Source: Candidatus Latescibacterota bacterium (lineage in GTDB: Bacteria > Latescibacterota > UBA2968 > SICM01). Taken from it: DNA of 64,000 bases. The stretch spans positions 1,568,001 to 1,632,000 of the forward strand of contig CBDCJO010000002.1 of assembly GCA_965217865.1 (NCBI GenBank), written 5' to 3'. The translations under genes were made by a program, and so were the position numbers. The notes under the pieces are model-generated. The model was not told where the DNA came from, did no database searches, and saw only the letters and a program-made list of their open reading frames with translations. Positions 20,464 through 30,708 of the stretch are shown here, in pieces (the first letter of the stretch is position 1; each line of letters begins with the position of its first letter).

Positions 20464-21330
20464 TCAAAAGTAAGTTTTTTCGGCTGTCTTCCCGAGCAGC
20501 CACTCCCTGTCGCTTGCGGAGAGGAAGTCGAGGCGGTCGCGGATGAGAGAAAGGGAATCTTCGTAGGTTTCGTTATCCACCTGGAAGGGACAATCGCTCG
20601 CCCACATCAAGCGTTCGGGCCCGAAAGCGTCGAACAGGCGGCGCATCATCGGGATCAAGTCGTCGTGGGGGGGATTCGCCAAACCGGCGCCGTAGAAGGC
20701 CGATATCTTCACTTTGATGTTACGGTGTCGGGCAATGCCGCACAGGGCTAACAAGTCGGCGTCGGGGATGCCGTCACCGAATCCGACGCGGGCCATGTGG
20801 TCGATGACGACGGGTGTTTCCGGATTCCTCGCGCAGGCCGCGTCGATGGCGGGGAGATCGGATGGGTCGATGAGCATGCAGAGGGACTGTCGGGTCTCGG
20901 CCGCGGTGCGAAACATGAGGTCGATCCCGGGTCCGGTGAGCCAATCCGGGTTGGCGGCCATAGCCCGTCGTCCGTTTCTGCTGTAGTTGGCGCCGTAGAT
21001 GCGGAATCCGCGCACGCCGTCTTCGAGCAGTCGCCGCATCTCGTCATCCGGGGAGTCCCCATCCGCGTCGATGATGGCCACCCCTCCGAAGATCCCTCCC
21101 GGGAGCTCGTCGCGATATCGTTTGATCGCGTCAAGCATATACGAATTGTCGAAACTGTAGTAGGCTATCTGGATCAGGACGATCCGTTCGACCTTGCTCG
21201 GGCGGGCGTGCCGGAACAGCTCTTCCGGCGTGAAGCTTGATGGCTGCATGTCTTCCTGCGTCCACCCGGAGGCGAGGGGGTAGTGGGTGGTATCAGGGGT
21301 CCAGATGTGGACGTGGGAGTCGATGATCAT
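20464..21330 (-). CDS. Amidohydrolase family 2 protein
   Basis: IIDSHVHIW, VVIDHMAR, VKISAF and RLMWASDCP motifs. Confidence 0.93.
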   Translation of the reverse strand: MIIDSHVHIWTPDTTHYPLASGWTQEDMQPSSFTPEELFRHARPSKVERIVLIQIAYYSFDNSYMLDAIKRYRDELPGGIFGGVAIIDADGDSPDDEMRRLLEDGVRGFRIYGANYSRNGRRAMAANPDWLTGPGIDLMFRTAAETRQSLCMLIDPSDLPAIDAACARNPETPVVIDHMARVGFGDGIPDADLLALCGIARHRNIKVKISAFYGAGLANPPHDDLIPMMRRLFDAFGPERLMWASDCPFQVDNETYEDSLSLIRDRLDFLSASDREWLLGKTAEKTYF

Positions 21331-21340
21331 GGAATAGGAT

Positions 21341-21961
21341 TCAGGGGGGTGATGAGGTTAGTTTTTCGGCGATTACGGTTGAGAACTCCTTGCACGTTTC
21401 CTCAGGGGCGGAAAAGGTCTCTTGGCGTGAGGACAGGATTTTCCAACCGGCAAAACTCTCTTCGAGCTCGTTACGCCGGAAGAGGTAGTAGTTGCCCACA
21501 TCGAAGAAGCCCGTGAATGTGGTACCCTCGATGAGCACGTTGACGATGGCGCGGCCGCCGGGATTGATGTGCTCCCGAATGTCGTGCAGGAGTTCGAGGG
21601 CACGTTCGCGACGGAAAAACATGAGCAGGCCGATTGCAACGATGGTGTCGTACGTCCGCTCGATGTTCCATGTCTCGATGTCCGCCCGGACGGCTTGCAC
21701 GGGGAACTTTTCCTGCTGTGCGCGATCATTTATTCGCGCGACGGCCGCCGGGCTCGCATCGACGGCCAGGACGTCGTGACCTCGCCGTCCCGCCTCGAGG
21801 CTCAGGTTGCCGAGCCCGGAACCGAGATCGAGAATGGTGCCATTGAGATGATCGAGGGCCAGGGTCTCGAACGGATTCAGGGTAAAGTCCTGCTGCTGAA
21901 CCTGCCGTTGGAACTGGGAGTCGAAGAAGGCTATGGATTTATTGGGAGTGTCGTTTTGCAT
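21341..21961 (-). CDS. Class I SAM-dependent methyltransferase (TehB-like)
   Basis: ILDLGSGLGN motif I; ELEESFAGWKIL. Confidence 0.9.
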   Translation of the reverse strand: MQNDTPNKSIAFFDSQFQRQVQQQDFTLNPFETLALDHLNGTILDLGSGLGNLSLEAGRRGHDVLAVDASPAAVARINDRAQQEKFPVQAVRADIETWNIERTYDTIVAIGLLMFFRRERALELLHDIREHINPGGRAIVNVLIEGTTFTGFFDVGNYYLFRRNELEESFAGWKILSSRQETFSAPEETCKEFSTVIAEKLTSSPP

Positions 21962-22134
21962 ACAACAATCCTGGGAAAAAGGACGAAAACGAAGTACGGG
22001 AATAGGGGAGTAAAAGCATTCATAGATCGATAATCAAATACATCTCTTCATTCCCCCCACCCGCAATTCCGAAGGGGGCCCTCTCCTCCTCGACAGCTGA
22101 ATACATTAACGTTTGGTAGGTTTCAAAACCGCAC

Positions 22135-22752
22135 CTACTGGGTTTCCTTAAGCCACGTTGAAATGAAGTTTGCATAGTCGTTATAGGTCAATTCGGCAAC
22201 CTCTATGGGGATCTGCATGCACATATCGGGTAGCTCACTCTCGAACTGGTGCCATCTGCTAAGGATTGATCGACCTCCAGGGATCGTCCTTCTACCAGAA
22301 GAGTCGTTTAGCCAGTTTCGGACGTGAGCTATTGCCTTTTCGTGATTATTTTCATGGGAGCGTATGTCATTTCCTGCTATATCAGAGATGAACGCTTGAT
22401 ATCGATATTGTTGGCGATCCAGGATCAAACAACTCTTGCTCTTTTGTCTCCGATCCCCGTATAGCTTTGCACCCAAGAACACTCCCAATTCCAAAGGCAT
22501 ATTAAATCTCGGGGTTCCTGTGTCAGGATCTAACTCGGTCCTAGAGATGTCATGGACCGCAAATCGGCATTCAGAGATTATTTTCTGGATCTTTTCAAAC
22601 CGAACTTCTCCGCTATCATCGACTTCCAGCGCGCATCGAGGTATGAAGCCGCAATCAAATATTGCGAAGATTATGGCGTTTCGAATATTCAGGTACTGGT
22701 CATCGAATGGACAGTTTATAAAGACATTTTCCGAGTAAAGTTTGGAAGTCAT
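22135..22752 (-). CDS. TIR/nucleoside-deoxyribosyltransferase-like fold protein
   Basis: VFINCPFD, IISECRFAVHDIS, RFNMPLELG (putative catalytic Glu) and SDIAG; low GC. Confidence 0.75.
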   Translation of the reverse strand: MTSKLYSENVFINCPFDDQYLNIRNAIIFAIFDCGFIPRCALEVDDSGEVRFEKIQKIISECRFAVHDISRTELDPDTGTPRFNMPLELGVFLGAKLYGDRRQKSKSCLILDRQQYRYQAFISDIAGNDIRSHENNHEKAIAHVRNWLNDSSGRRTIPGGRSILSRWHQFESELPDMCMQIPIEVAELTYNDYANFISTWLKETQ

Positions 22753-22757
22753 TATTC

Positions 22758-22910
22758 TTAACGCTTCCTGGATGTAGACTTACGGGAAGACCTAACAGAC
22801 CGAACCGCCTTTTTTATCGAGGATTTCTTTAATTTACCTGAACGGGGCGGGGATTTGACTGTGCGTCGGGATGTCGTGGTAGACCGGCCTCCGGAACGTC
22901 TGGGTGCCAT
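22758..22910 (-). CDS. 50-aa highly basic Ser/Arg/Lys-rich peptide (below the ORF-track cutoff)
   Basis: MAPRRSGGRSTTTSRRTVKSPPRSGKLKKSSIKKAVRSVRSSRKSTSRKR*; AAGGAG RBS; stop 5 nt before the next start. Confidence 0.75.
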   Translation of the reverse strand: MAPRRSGGRSTTTSRRTVKSPPRSGKLKKSSIKKAVRSVRSSRKSTSRKR

Positions 22911-23248
22911 TTTGGTTCTCCTTGATTAATTAGGTGTTGGAATGTTTCGAGGCTACCTCATAATAGAGAACGGTGTTTCAAACCAACAATAGCAAATCCG
23001 TGTGGCTATGAAGTGGTAGACTTGCCCAATTTGTCAGCGGCTATAGGCAAGGTGGGGGTTGTTGGGGAGCATATATGAATTCCCGCGCAGGTTTCCGAAA
23101 GACCTATTTTTGTGCCATTTGATGAAAGGCCGGATCCAGGGTGGGGAAGGAGGCTTGAGGCCGTAATTTAGCAAAATCATCCGGGTAAAAATATAAAAAT
23201 TCGAATTTTTAAGCTAAAGATCATTGTTTGCCTTTTTGAAAATAAAGA

Positions 23249-23276
23249 TTGACTTCTATGAGGAATAGCGTATCTT
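23249..23276 (+). promoter_or_regulatory. Sigma70-like promoter for the cold-shock gene
   Basis: TTGACT-N16-TATCTT upstream of a long, structured 5' leader. Confidence 0.45.
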
Positions 23277-23423
23277 TATCCCTGAATGGAAGAAGGTTGT
23301 TTCTGTACCCTGTGCAAGTCGATTGCGAAAACGATACGGCAAGGATCAGATATTCCGGTCCTTGCCTTTTTTTATTCGGACGATACGTGCAGAGATTCCG
23401 ATATAGAAAGGTGGTGAAGGCAG

Positions 23424-23624
23424 TTGGCAGAAGGTAAAGTGAAGTGGTTTAACGACTCCAAGGGCTTCGGTTTTATCGAGCAGGAATCTGGTGAGGACGT
23501 GTTCGTCCATTTTTCCGCGATTCAAGGCGATGGATTCAAGTCATTGGCGGAAGGCGACGATGTCGAATTCGAAATCGCCCAGGGGCCCAAGGGGCTCCAG
23601 GCCGCGAACGTGACGAAGCGGTAA
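23424..23624 (+). CDS. cspA: Cold-shock protein
   Basis: [22 protein letters not shown] and [10 protein letters not shown]. Confidence 0.97.
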   Translation: MAEGKVKWFNDSKGFGFIEQESGEDVFVHFSAIQGDGFKSLAEGDDVEFEIAQGPKGLQAANVTKR

Positions 23625-23648
23625 TCTGAGTCGAAGATTTTCGCAGTT

Positions 23649-23682
23649 AAGGGTGTTGACCGGAAGGTCAGCACCCTTTTTT
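23649..23682 (+). terminator. Rho-independent terminator
   Basis: AAGGGTGTTGACC-GGAA-GGTCAGCACCCTT followed by a T run. Confidence 0.85.
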
Positions 23683-23981
23683 CATGATTTATCCATGCAT
23701 CAGTGTTATGCAAGATGTCGAAGAGCGCCTACCAGGCCGCTGGGAGATATTGATCAAATGGCTTTGTGTCCTTCCGTAATCTGATTGTAAACCAATTTTG
23801 CACGCGCATGCAGAATTGAAAAAAAATAGACGGTTATTGTTTTTAAGTGGTTTAGAAATTTTTTAGTCGTAAAAAAGTTCCGTTAAGGAAATGAAGATGG
23901 GATGTTGCGTTATCTCTTGACAAATTATAATAATAGACTATATTCCTAAATAGTTCGACTATTATGGAGATAAAAGCTTAA

Positions 23982-25145
23982 ATGGATTATATTGAAAGGC
24001 GCCTGAAGATCGATCTTCCGGCAGGCCAATCCGCTTTTCTTTGGGGTCCCAGAGGGGTCGGGAAGTCGACTTTTCTGATGCGAAGGTTTCCGGATAGCCC
24101 GGTCTACGACTTTACCCGGAGGGACCTGATGTTGGACTTCAGCCGGTGCCCTTCGCTCTTGCGGGAGCAGATTCTGGCCCAGGCCCGGAGCCGGTTGAGT
24201 TCCCCAATCATCCTCGACGAAGTTCAGAAATGTCCTCATCTGCTCGATGAGGTCCATTGGCTGATCCAGAATCGGGGCGTACAATTTATTTTGTGCTGTT
24301 CCAGTGCCCGGAAACTGAAGCGGGGGAGGCCGGCCCTGCTGGGTGGTCGGGCGAGGCCTTACGAGATGTTCCCACTTGTCAGCCCGGAAACCGGATACGA
24401 CAACTTGGCGCTTAAGATCCTGAACCGAGGCACGATCCCGACCCACTACGCGGGGGAGCAGTATTTGAAGTCGCTCAAGGACTATGTGAGTGATTACCTG
24501 AAGGAAGAGGTCTTCGATGCAGGCCTCACTCGGAACATCCCCGCATTTTCCCGGTTCTTCGAGGCGATGGCCTATTCACACGGAGAGTTGTGCAACTTTT
24601 CGAACGTCGCCCGGGAATGCGGGATCGACTCCAAGACGGTTAAGGAGTTCTACGGGATCCTGGTCGATACGTTCCTAGGCCGGTTGGTCGAACCGTTCAG
24701 GCGAGGTTCGCGTCAGGTGATTTCCAAGGCGTCGAAGTTTTTCCTGTTCGATGTGGGGGTCGCGGGTGCGGTCACCCGGCGGCGTGTGACGGAGGCGAGA
24801 GGGGACGCGTTCGAGAGGGCGTTCGAGCAGTTTATCCTGATCGAACTGGCCGCGCACGCGGCTTACAGCGAGTTGAACTATCCGATACGGTTCTGGCGTA
24901 CCAAGTCGGGGCTGGAAGTCGAATTTGTGCTGGGGGATGGAGAAGTCGCGGTCGTGGCCAAAGGGAGGAGCCGGGTGGATCGATTGGACCTACGAGCGAT
25001 CCGGGCGTTCGCGAAGGAGTTTGAGCCTCGAAAGGCGCTGGTGGTGTGTCTCGAAGAGGAGGAAAGAAAGGTCGGGGAGATCGGGGTTGTGCCGTGGAGG
25101 AAGTTTTTGGAGGGGTTGTGGGAGGGAGAGGTGGTAGGGAATTGA
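23982..25145 (+). CDS. AAA+ ATPase (AAA_14 + DUF4143 type)
   Basis: GPRGVGKST Walker A, ILDEVQ Walker B, KFFLFDVGV and FWRTKSGLEVEFV. Confidence 0.9.
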   Translation: MDYIERRLKIDLPAGQSAFLWGPRGVGKSTFLMRRFPDSPVYDFTRRDLMLDFSRCPSLLREQILAQARSRLSSPIILDEVQKCPHLLDEVHWLIQNRGVQFILCCSSARKLKRGRPALLGGRARPYEMFPLVSPETGYDNLALKILNRGTIPTHYAGEQYLKSLKDYVSDYLKEEVFDAGLTRNIPAFSRFFEAMAYSHGELCNFSNVARECGIDSKTVKEFYGILVDTFLGRLVEPFRRGSRQVISKASKFFLFDVGVAGAVTRRRVTEARGDAFERAFEQFILIELAAHAAYSELNYPIRFWRTKSGLEVEFVLGDGEVAVVAKGRSRVDRLDLRAIRAFAKEFEPRKALVVCLEEEERKVGEIGVVPWRKFLEGLWEGEVVGN

Positions 25146-25332
25146 GAATTGAAGATTGAAGTAAGACCCTTCCGCCCATCCCTACCGGAATACAGAAGTC
25201 AGAAGAAGACCCAAATTCAACTCAGTCGGCAGAAGTGAGAGGCAAGAAGGTAGTAGCGGGTGGCAGTGGCAGAATCCAAGGGGATGGACCTTGAAACCCG
25301 GGGTTCCTATCCACGCTCCCGCGCGCTTACTA

Positions 25333-25671
25333 TTAGTCTTTAAAGATGGCTTCCAGGTCAGCTATCAGCGGCGGAAAGTCGGTCTCGATTGTATCCCACA
25401 GAAGATCGAGATTCAATACATCATAGGCATGAACAAGCCGATTCCGCATGCCCAAGATGTCGGGCCAGGGGATTTCCGGATGTTTTTCCCTGGTCGTTGC
25501 AGATATTCGCGATGCGGACTCGCCAACAATCTCCACCAGGCGTGTGAGGGCCAATTGTAACATCCGGTCGGTCTCCAAGTCGGAACCTTGACGACCGTGC
25601 GTCATTTCCTTCGCCTCCCGGGCGTGATCCAGCATATGACGCAAGCTGACCCGATTGTCATGCCTGCTCAT
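25333..25671 (-). CDS. HepT-like HEPN ribonuclease toxin (DUF86)
   Basis: HPEIPW..I.GMRNRLVHAY (RX4HXY motif). Confidence 0.93.
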   Translation of the reverse strand: MSRHDNRVSLRHMLDHAREAKEMTHGRQGSDLETDRMLQLALTRLVEIVGESASRISATTREKHPEIPWPDILGMRNRLVHAYDVLNLDLLWDTIETDFPPLIADLEAIFKD

Positions 25672-26236
25672 AAGCCACCTCCGCCTCCTCCAGTACTTCG
25701 TCTCGGAAATAAGGGCTCAAACTTCCGGTCGTGTTCACGTCGACTTTCCTGCCGATCAGTCCACTCAGCTCATTCTCTATTCGAGCCAGGCCGATTAAAC
25801 CGATTCGCACTCCAGGCTCGAATCCCACCAGCACATCTACGTCGCTGTCAGGTGAAAAATCGTCGCGCAGGACCGATCCGAAGAACGAAAGTTTACGGAT
25901 GCGATGCTTCCGGCAAAACTCAGCGATCGTATCCTTGGGTATGTGGATCTTCGTCTTGAGTCGCCGTGTCCCGGGTTTGATTTCTTTCTTGGAAAGGCCC
26001 TTCTCGATCCCGTAATCCGCAATCGCTTCCCTGATCCCTCCGGTGAGGCCGGGGTCCCGCTGTTCCAGGTAAGCTTCCATTTCATCCACGCCGATGAGTC
26101 CCGCCACTGGGATTCCATCCTTTTCCAGGATGAAGAACTCCTTGTTGAGGTGGACGCGGCGGACCACCTGGCCGAGGTTGACGCGGGCTTTGGTGATGGG
26201 GATACGGTGCACTAAAGGTTTGATTTTCTTTGACAA
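25658..26236 (-). CDS. MntA-like nucleotidyltransferase antitoxin with an N-terminal Phd/YefM-like domain
   Basis: GSVLRDDFSPDSDVD (GSX10DXD); N-terminus ITKARVNLGQVVRRV..FILEKDGIPVA. Confidence 0.85.
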   Translation of the reverse strand: MSKKIKPLVHRIPITKARVNLGQVVRRVHLNKEFFILEKDGIPVAGLIGVDEMEAYLEQRDPGLTGGIREAIADYGIEKGLSKKEIKPGTRRLKTKIHIPKDTIAEFCRKHRIRKLSFFGSVLRDDFSPDSDVDVLVGFEPGVRIGLIGLARIENELSGLIGRKVDVNTTGSLSPYFRDEVLEEAEVAYEQA

Positions 26237-26529
26237 AGAACACCTCCAGAGAATATATTAATTAAGATTGATCAATATTGATGTCCAATAGATAGGCAAA
26301 TTTTGAGAGGATGTCAAGGGAAAGGGGGAAGCGTAGGGAAGAAGCAGTGGCAGTGGCAGGAAAAGCAAAGCGAGTAGCAGTGGAAGGGAAAGAAAAGTGG
26401 TTGTCTTTCATCAATTGAATCAGTACCCTGTTGCTCGAGTCTATTAAGGCAAATTATCATAGATTCCGAGTTTGAATTCAAGGCCGAAACTGGTGAGGGG
26501 GGAACCGGATACTCGTATTTGGAGCTGGT

Positions 26530-27364
26530 ATGGTTGATTACCCCACATTTAATCCAGATCAGAGGGAAGAGATTTACGATTTCTTCCGCGAGCAAAAATT
26601 CGCGGTGGTATCGGATGTGATGACTTCGCCCGAGATGCAATTTCTAAGGGCGTTCGTGGATCGCTCTAAGCGGGAGATCCCGAGAGAATGGGGTCCGGAC
26701 AAGCACGGTGTCTATTCGCACGGTCAGATCCTCATCAACTATCCGGAACTGGACCCCTTCGTCCGGCCGGCTGTGGCTTTCCCGCTGGTGGACGCGATTA
26801 TGGGACCGGAGACACGTTTCGCGCAGTTCGATTTTCGGGATGTGTCGGCCGAGGCGGGCGAGCGATCCGCCTTGGCTTTTCACAAGGACCGCGCGCACAC
26901 CCCACGCGAGGATGGGGATCCCAACAGAGACTTCGACAGCACGTACGTGTGCGCGATCCACTATTTGACGGACGTTGAGGCGGAGAATCCCTGCTTTTGC
27001 GTGGTGCCGAGGAGTCACCCCTTATGAGTCCCAGGAGGTGGCAAAGGACAGGATGGGGGAGACTTATCGGGAGGTGGAGATTCGGGGTCCGGCCGGGACG
27101 GCCGTTCTTTATGATATCGCGATTTTTCATACGCGGGTTCCGGGGAAGGTCTCCAGGGGACGGCTCACGCAGCACTCCTATTTCAGCCGGGCGCAGAGCC
27201 CCCCCCTCACGAAATGGGTGATGATTCCGAAGCGGCTGGCCGAGAATCCGGATCCTGAGCAGAGGGCCTTCTTCAGCCAGTGGACGGGGATGCAGAAGGG
27301 GTATGTGGAAGCGGGGTATTCGAGGGAGTACTATGAGGGGGTGGTGATGGATAAGGCGACGTAA
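26530..27364 (+). pseudogene. Phytanoyl-CoA dioxygenase-family protein with a frameshift near 27020
   Basis: FHKD and VVPRSH in the first ORF; GPAGTAVLYD..FH in the second; one extra C in the run 27018-21. Confidence 0.85.
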
Positions 27365-27559
27365 GGAAAGGAAAGTGGCAGTAGCAGTGGCAGTGGCAGG
27401 AAAGGCAGGGGCCAGTGGGAATTGAAGATTGAAGAATGAAGATTGAATATTAACGGTCCAAAAGAAAGTTCTGAGTTTTCAATATTAAATTTTCTGATAT
27501 TCAAAATTCTAATGAATTTGGGGATTGAAAGAGCAAAACGCGATATGGGGGAAATAGAA

Positions 27560-30274
27560 ATGAAAGGCCTGGTTCATCGCGGGTTTGAAGCGTTTTCCGA
27601 GGGTCGGTTCGAGGATGGGGGAAGCAATCTTCACGTCAATGCGCACGGGGTGATCGAGTCCATTCACAGGACGGACCTGAATAACGACGGGTACGTGGAT
27701 ATCGTCCTGGCGAACAGCCACGGGTATATCGAGCGGGGGCCGACGTGGATCTACAAACCGGACCGGAATGACGGGACGAACTGGAAGCGGAGGGAGCTTC
27801 CCAACGACAGCGGATGGATGAGTCGGGTCGAGGATGTGGACGGGGACGGCTATCCCGACCTGGTGGTGGCGAACGGGGAGAACGGGGTCACGTCGGAGCT
27901 TCCCTCATACGTTTACTGGGGCGGCCCCTCAGGGCTGACGGGTGAATGCCAGGAGCTGCCCACGGTTGGGGCATACGATGTGGCCGTGGTGGATGTGAAC
28001 AGGGATGGGTATAAAGATATTGTCTTTCCATCTGCGTGGGTGGACCATCACAACGCGGGACGATCTAGGCTGCTGCACGTGTTTGTCCAAACCGCGCCGC
28101 GGGTGTTCCGAGATGCATCCGAGGACTACGGCCTGAATGGGTTTGCTTCGATGTCGATCGCCTGTTCGGACCTGAACGGTGACGGTCTGCCCGATCTGGT
28201 GGTGGCCAATTATCGCAAGGAATTCGAGTACGACACGGAGTCGTTCGTTTACTGGGGCAAGGAGGACGGTTTCGACGCGGACGCCCCCCTGCGTCTCCCA
28301 ACCCACTATGCCCTTAAGGTGATTTGTGGAGACCTGAATGGGGACGGTCTGGACGAGATCATCTTTTGCGGGGGGGATCAGGTGATGATCTACTGGAACG
28401 ACCGGGGCCGGTTCGATCCCGCGGAACGGACGATCATCGACCCGAAGGGATTCAAAACGATGTTCTGCCAGGGGGCGGTGAACGCCACAGTGAGCGACGT
28501 GGACCTGGATGGACGGAACGAGCTGATCCTTGCAACCGAGGCCGGTGTGGAGATCCGATCTCCGGACGATCTGCACCGGGTCAGCCGGCTTCTCCCGCTT
28601 GAGTTTTCGACGTGGGTCCACGCGGCTGATCTTGACGGCGACGGACGGCCGGAGCTGATCGCGAGCAAGTACGACGACAGGGTGTCCTACGAGACCACGT
28701 CCGCGATCTTCTGGAACGGTCCGGAGGGATTTTCGGAGGACCGTGCCAGCCGGGTGGCCACGGGCGGGGCGATGGGGTGCACGGCGGGAGATCTGGACGG
28801 GGACGGCCGTCCGGAGGTGGTGTTCAACAGCACGATGATGGGTCCGTCCCAGTTCTGGGAGGACTTTCCGATGTATGTCTATTTCGGGGGGAAGGAAGCG
28901 GACTACGGCCCCCACCGCCGTCTGGAGCTGCCGACCGGAGGGGGGAGCAACGCGTACGTGATCGCCGATTTTGATCTGGACGGGCATCCGGACCTGGCCA
29001 TCACGACGCAGGAGGGACTGCGGGTCTTTCCGAGCGGGCCAAAGGGTCCCTGCGCGGACCGATATGTCGATTTGCCCACGACCGGGGGACACGTGATGCA
29101 GGCTCACGTCGCGGATTTCAATCGCGACGGCTATCTCGATCTGCTGGCTTCGGTCCAGACTTACGACGAGAAACCGGAATCGATGGCGAATTCCTCGGTC
29201 ATCTTCTACGGGTCGAAGGAGGGATTTTCGGCGGAGCGGTCGGAGTCCTTGCCCACTTTCACATACGGCCAGGCGCATCTGGCCGACGTGGACCGGGATG
29301 GATACCTCGATGTCATCTTCGGGGATAAACGGGGATATGTCAGAATTTTTCTCGGCGGTCCGGACGGCTACGATCCCGAACGGGTTTTGAAGATCCCACT
29401 GGAGAATCTCCAGACGGGGTCGTTCAACGCGGCTGACCTGAACGGGGACGGCTGGCTGGATTTGATCGTTGGAATTCAAAGCCACTATCACCGGAGAGAT
29501 GAGAGCGTTTATATCCTGTACGGAGGACCGGACGGTTACGATCTGAATAACGCCCAGTGCTATAGGGGCGGATATTCGCCGGGGAAGGTTCACGTTGCGG
29601 ATTACGATCAGGACGGGAATCTGGACCTGCTCGTTCCGGCCTATTCGTCGCAGGTCACCCGGGTCCTGCCTGCTCAGCTGTTCCGGAGTGACGGCAAGCG
29701 GATCGATTTCGAACATCCGTGGGACATTCCGGCCGAGTCGGCCTGCGGGTTTCTTGCTATAGATCTGAACCGGAACGGTTACACGGATCTGTTTATGCTC
29801 TGCCACCGGGACGACCTGGGCCACCAGGTCGATTCGCTGATCTTCTGGAACGGTCCGGAGGGATTCTCCATGGATCAGCCGACACGATTGCCCGGTATGG
29901 GTCCGCACCGGATGACGCGTGACCCGGGCAACGCATATACGAGGGAACCGACGGAAAGCTATGTCTCGCCGGCTATCGATTTAAAGAATTTGCAGCCGAA
30001 GCGGATTCACTGGGAGGCTGAGGTCCCGGACACGACCGCGCTGAAGTTCCAACTCAGGTGGGCAGAGGAGGAAGGCCGGTTGGAAGAGGCGCCGTGGGAG
30101 GGACCGGGGGGGGAGGGGAGCACCTACGAGAAGTCGGGGGAGGAGATCGGAAGAAGGTCCGAGTCGCGGAGATGGTTACAATACCGGGCAGAATTCGAGT
30201 CGCTCTATGGATGCCGATCGGCGAGGTTGTGGGAAGTCCGGATGGAAATGAAAAATGAAAAATGTAAAATGTAA
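27560..30274 (+). CDS. FG-GAP/VCBS repeat protein
   Basis: More than 10 DxN/DxDGxxD repeats; start placed at MKGLVH. Confidence 0.9.
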   Translation: MKGLVHRGFEAFSEGRFEDGGSNLHVNAHGVIESIHRTDLNNDGYVDIVLANSHGYIERGPTWIYKPDRNDGTNWKRRELPNDSGWMSRVEDVDGDGYPDLVVANGENGVTSELPSYVYWGGPSGLTGECQELPTVGAYDVAVVDVNRDGYKDIVFPSAWVDHHNAGRSRLLHVFVQTAPRVFRDASEDYGLNGFASMSIACSDLNGDGLPDLVVANYRKEFEYDTESFVYWGKEDGFDADAPLRLPTHYALKVICGDLNGDGLDEIIFCGGDQVMIYWNDRGRFDPAERTIIDPKGFKTMFCQGAVNATVSDVDLDGRNELILATEAGVEIRSPDDLHRVSRLLPLEFSTWVHAADLDGDGRPELIASKYDDRVSYETTSAIFWNGPEGFSEDRASRVATGGAMGCTAGDLDGDGRPEVVFNSTMMGPSQFWEDFPMYVYFGGKEADYGPHRRLELPTGGGSNAYVIADFDLDGHPDLAITTQEGLRVFPSGPKGPCADRYVDLPTTGGHVMQAHVADFNRDGYLDLLASVQTYDEKPESMANSSVIFYGSKEGFSAERSESLPTFTYGQAHLADVDRDGYLDVIFGDKRGYVRIFLGGPDGYDPERVLKIPLENLQTGSFNAADLNGDGWLDLIVGIQSHYHRRDESVYILYGGPDGYDLNNAQCYRGGYSPGKVHVADYDQDGNLDLLVPAYSSQVTRVLPAQLFRSDGKRIDFEHPWDIPAESACGFLAIDLNRNGYTDLFMLCHRDDLGHQVDSLIFWNGPEGFSMDQPTRLPGMGPHRMTRDPGNAYTREPTESYVSPAIDLKNLQPKRIHWEAEVPDTTALKFQLRWAEEEGRLEEAPWEGPGGEGSTYEKSGEEIGRRSESRRWLQYRAEFESLYGCRSARLWEVRMEMKNEKCKM

Positions 30275-30708
30275 AAATCAGGGGTCGGAGGCCGGAGGTC
30301 GGGGGTCAGGAAAAAGCAGCAGCAGTGGCAGGAAAGGCAAAGGCAGGGGCCAGGGCAGGAAATTGATCGAGGTGGTTGCGGGTGAATAAAGAAATTCACC
30401 GTTTTACCAATCCCCTAATCAAGAACCTTAATGGACGGTCTTTTGGGAGGGACGCCGGCCTCGGCGTCCGCAAACATCCCGGTCGTTAAGGCCAGGGTTT
30501 TTCTGATTCCGAGGGGGTATAGGGTTTGGCGGTTTTCATGGGGAATTGGATGATATTTAATGGCGAAGAGATTTGATGAGATGGAAGGCGCTATTTGGAT
30601 TGATTTAACCACTACGGCCCGCGAGCCCTCCCAAAACCTGGTCGTTCACTTCCCTTTTCGATCCCCGGCCTTTCCGATCCCCGAATCACGAATCACGATC
30701 CCCGGTCT

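Noticed and set aside
25291-25326. TTGAAAC and GTTCCTATCCACGCTCCCGCGCG, resembling part of a type I-C CRISPR repeat
   Set aside because: Single degenerate half-repeat with no spacer-repeat periodicity and no cas genes; no CRISPR array seen anywhere in the window
27929-29908. 659-aa minus-strand ORF
   Set aside because: Antisense shadow of the GC-rich FG-GAP gene; the same applies to most overlapping ORFs in the track (e.g. 12287-13420)
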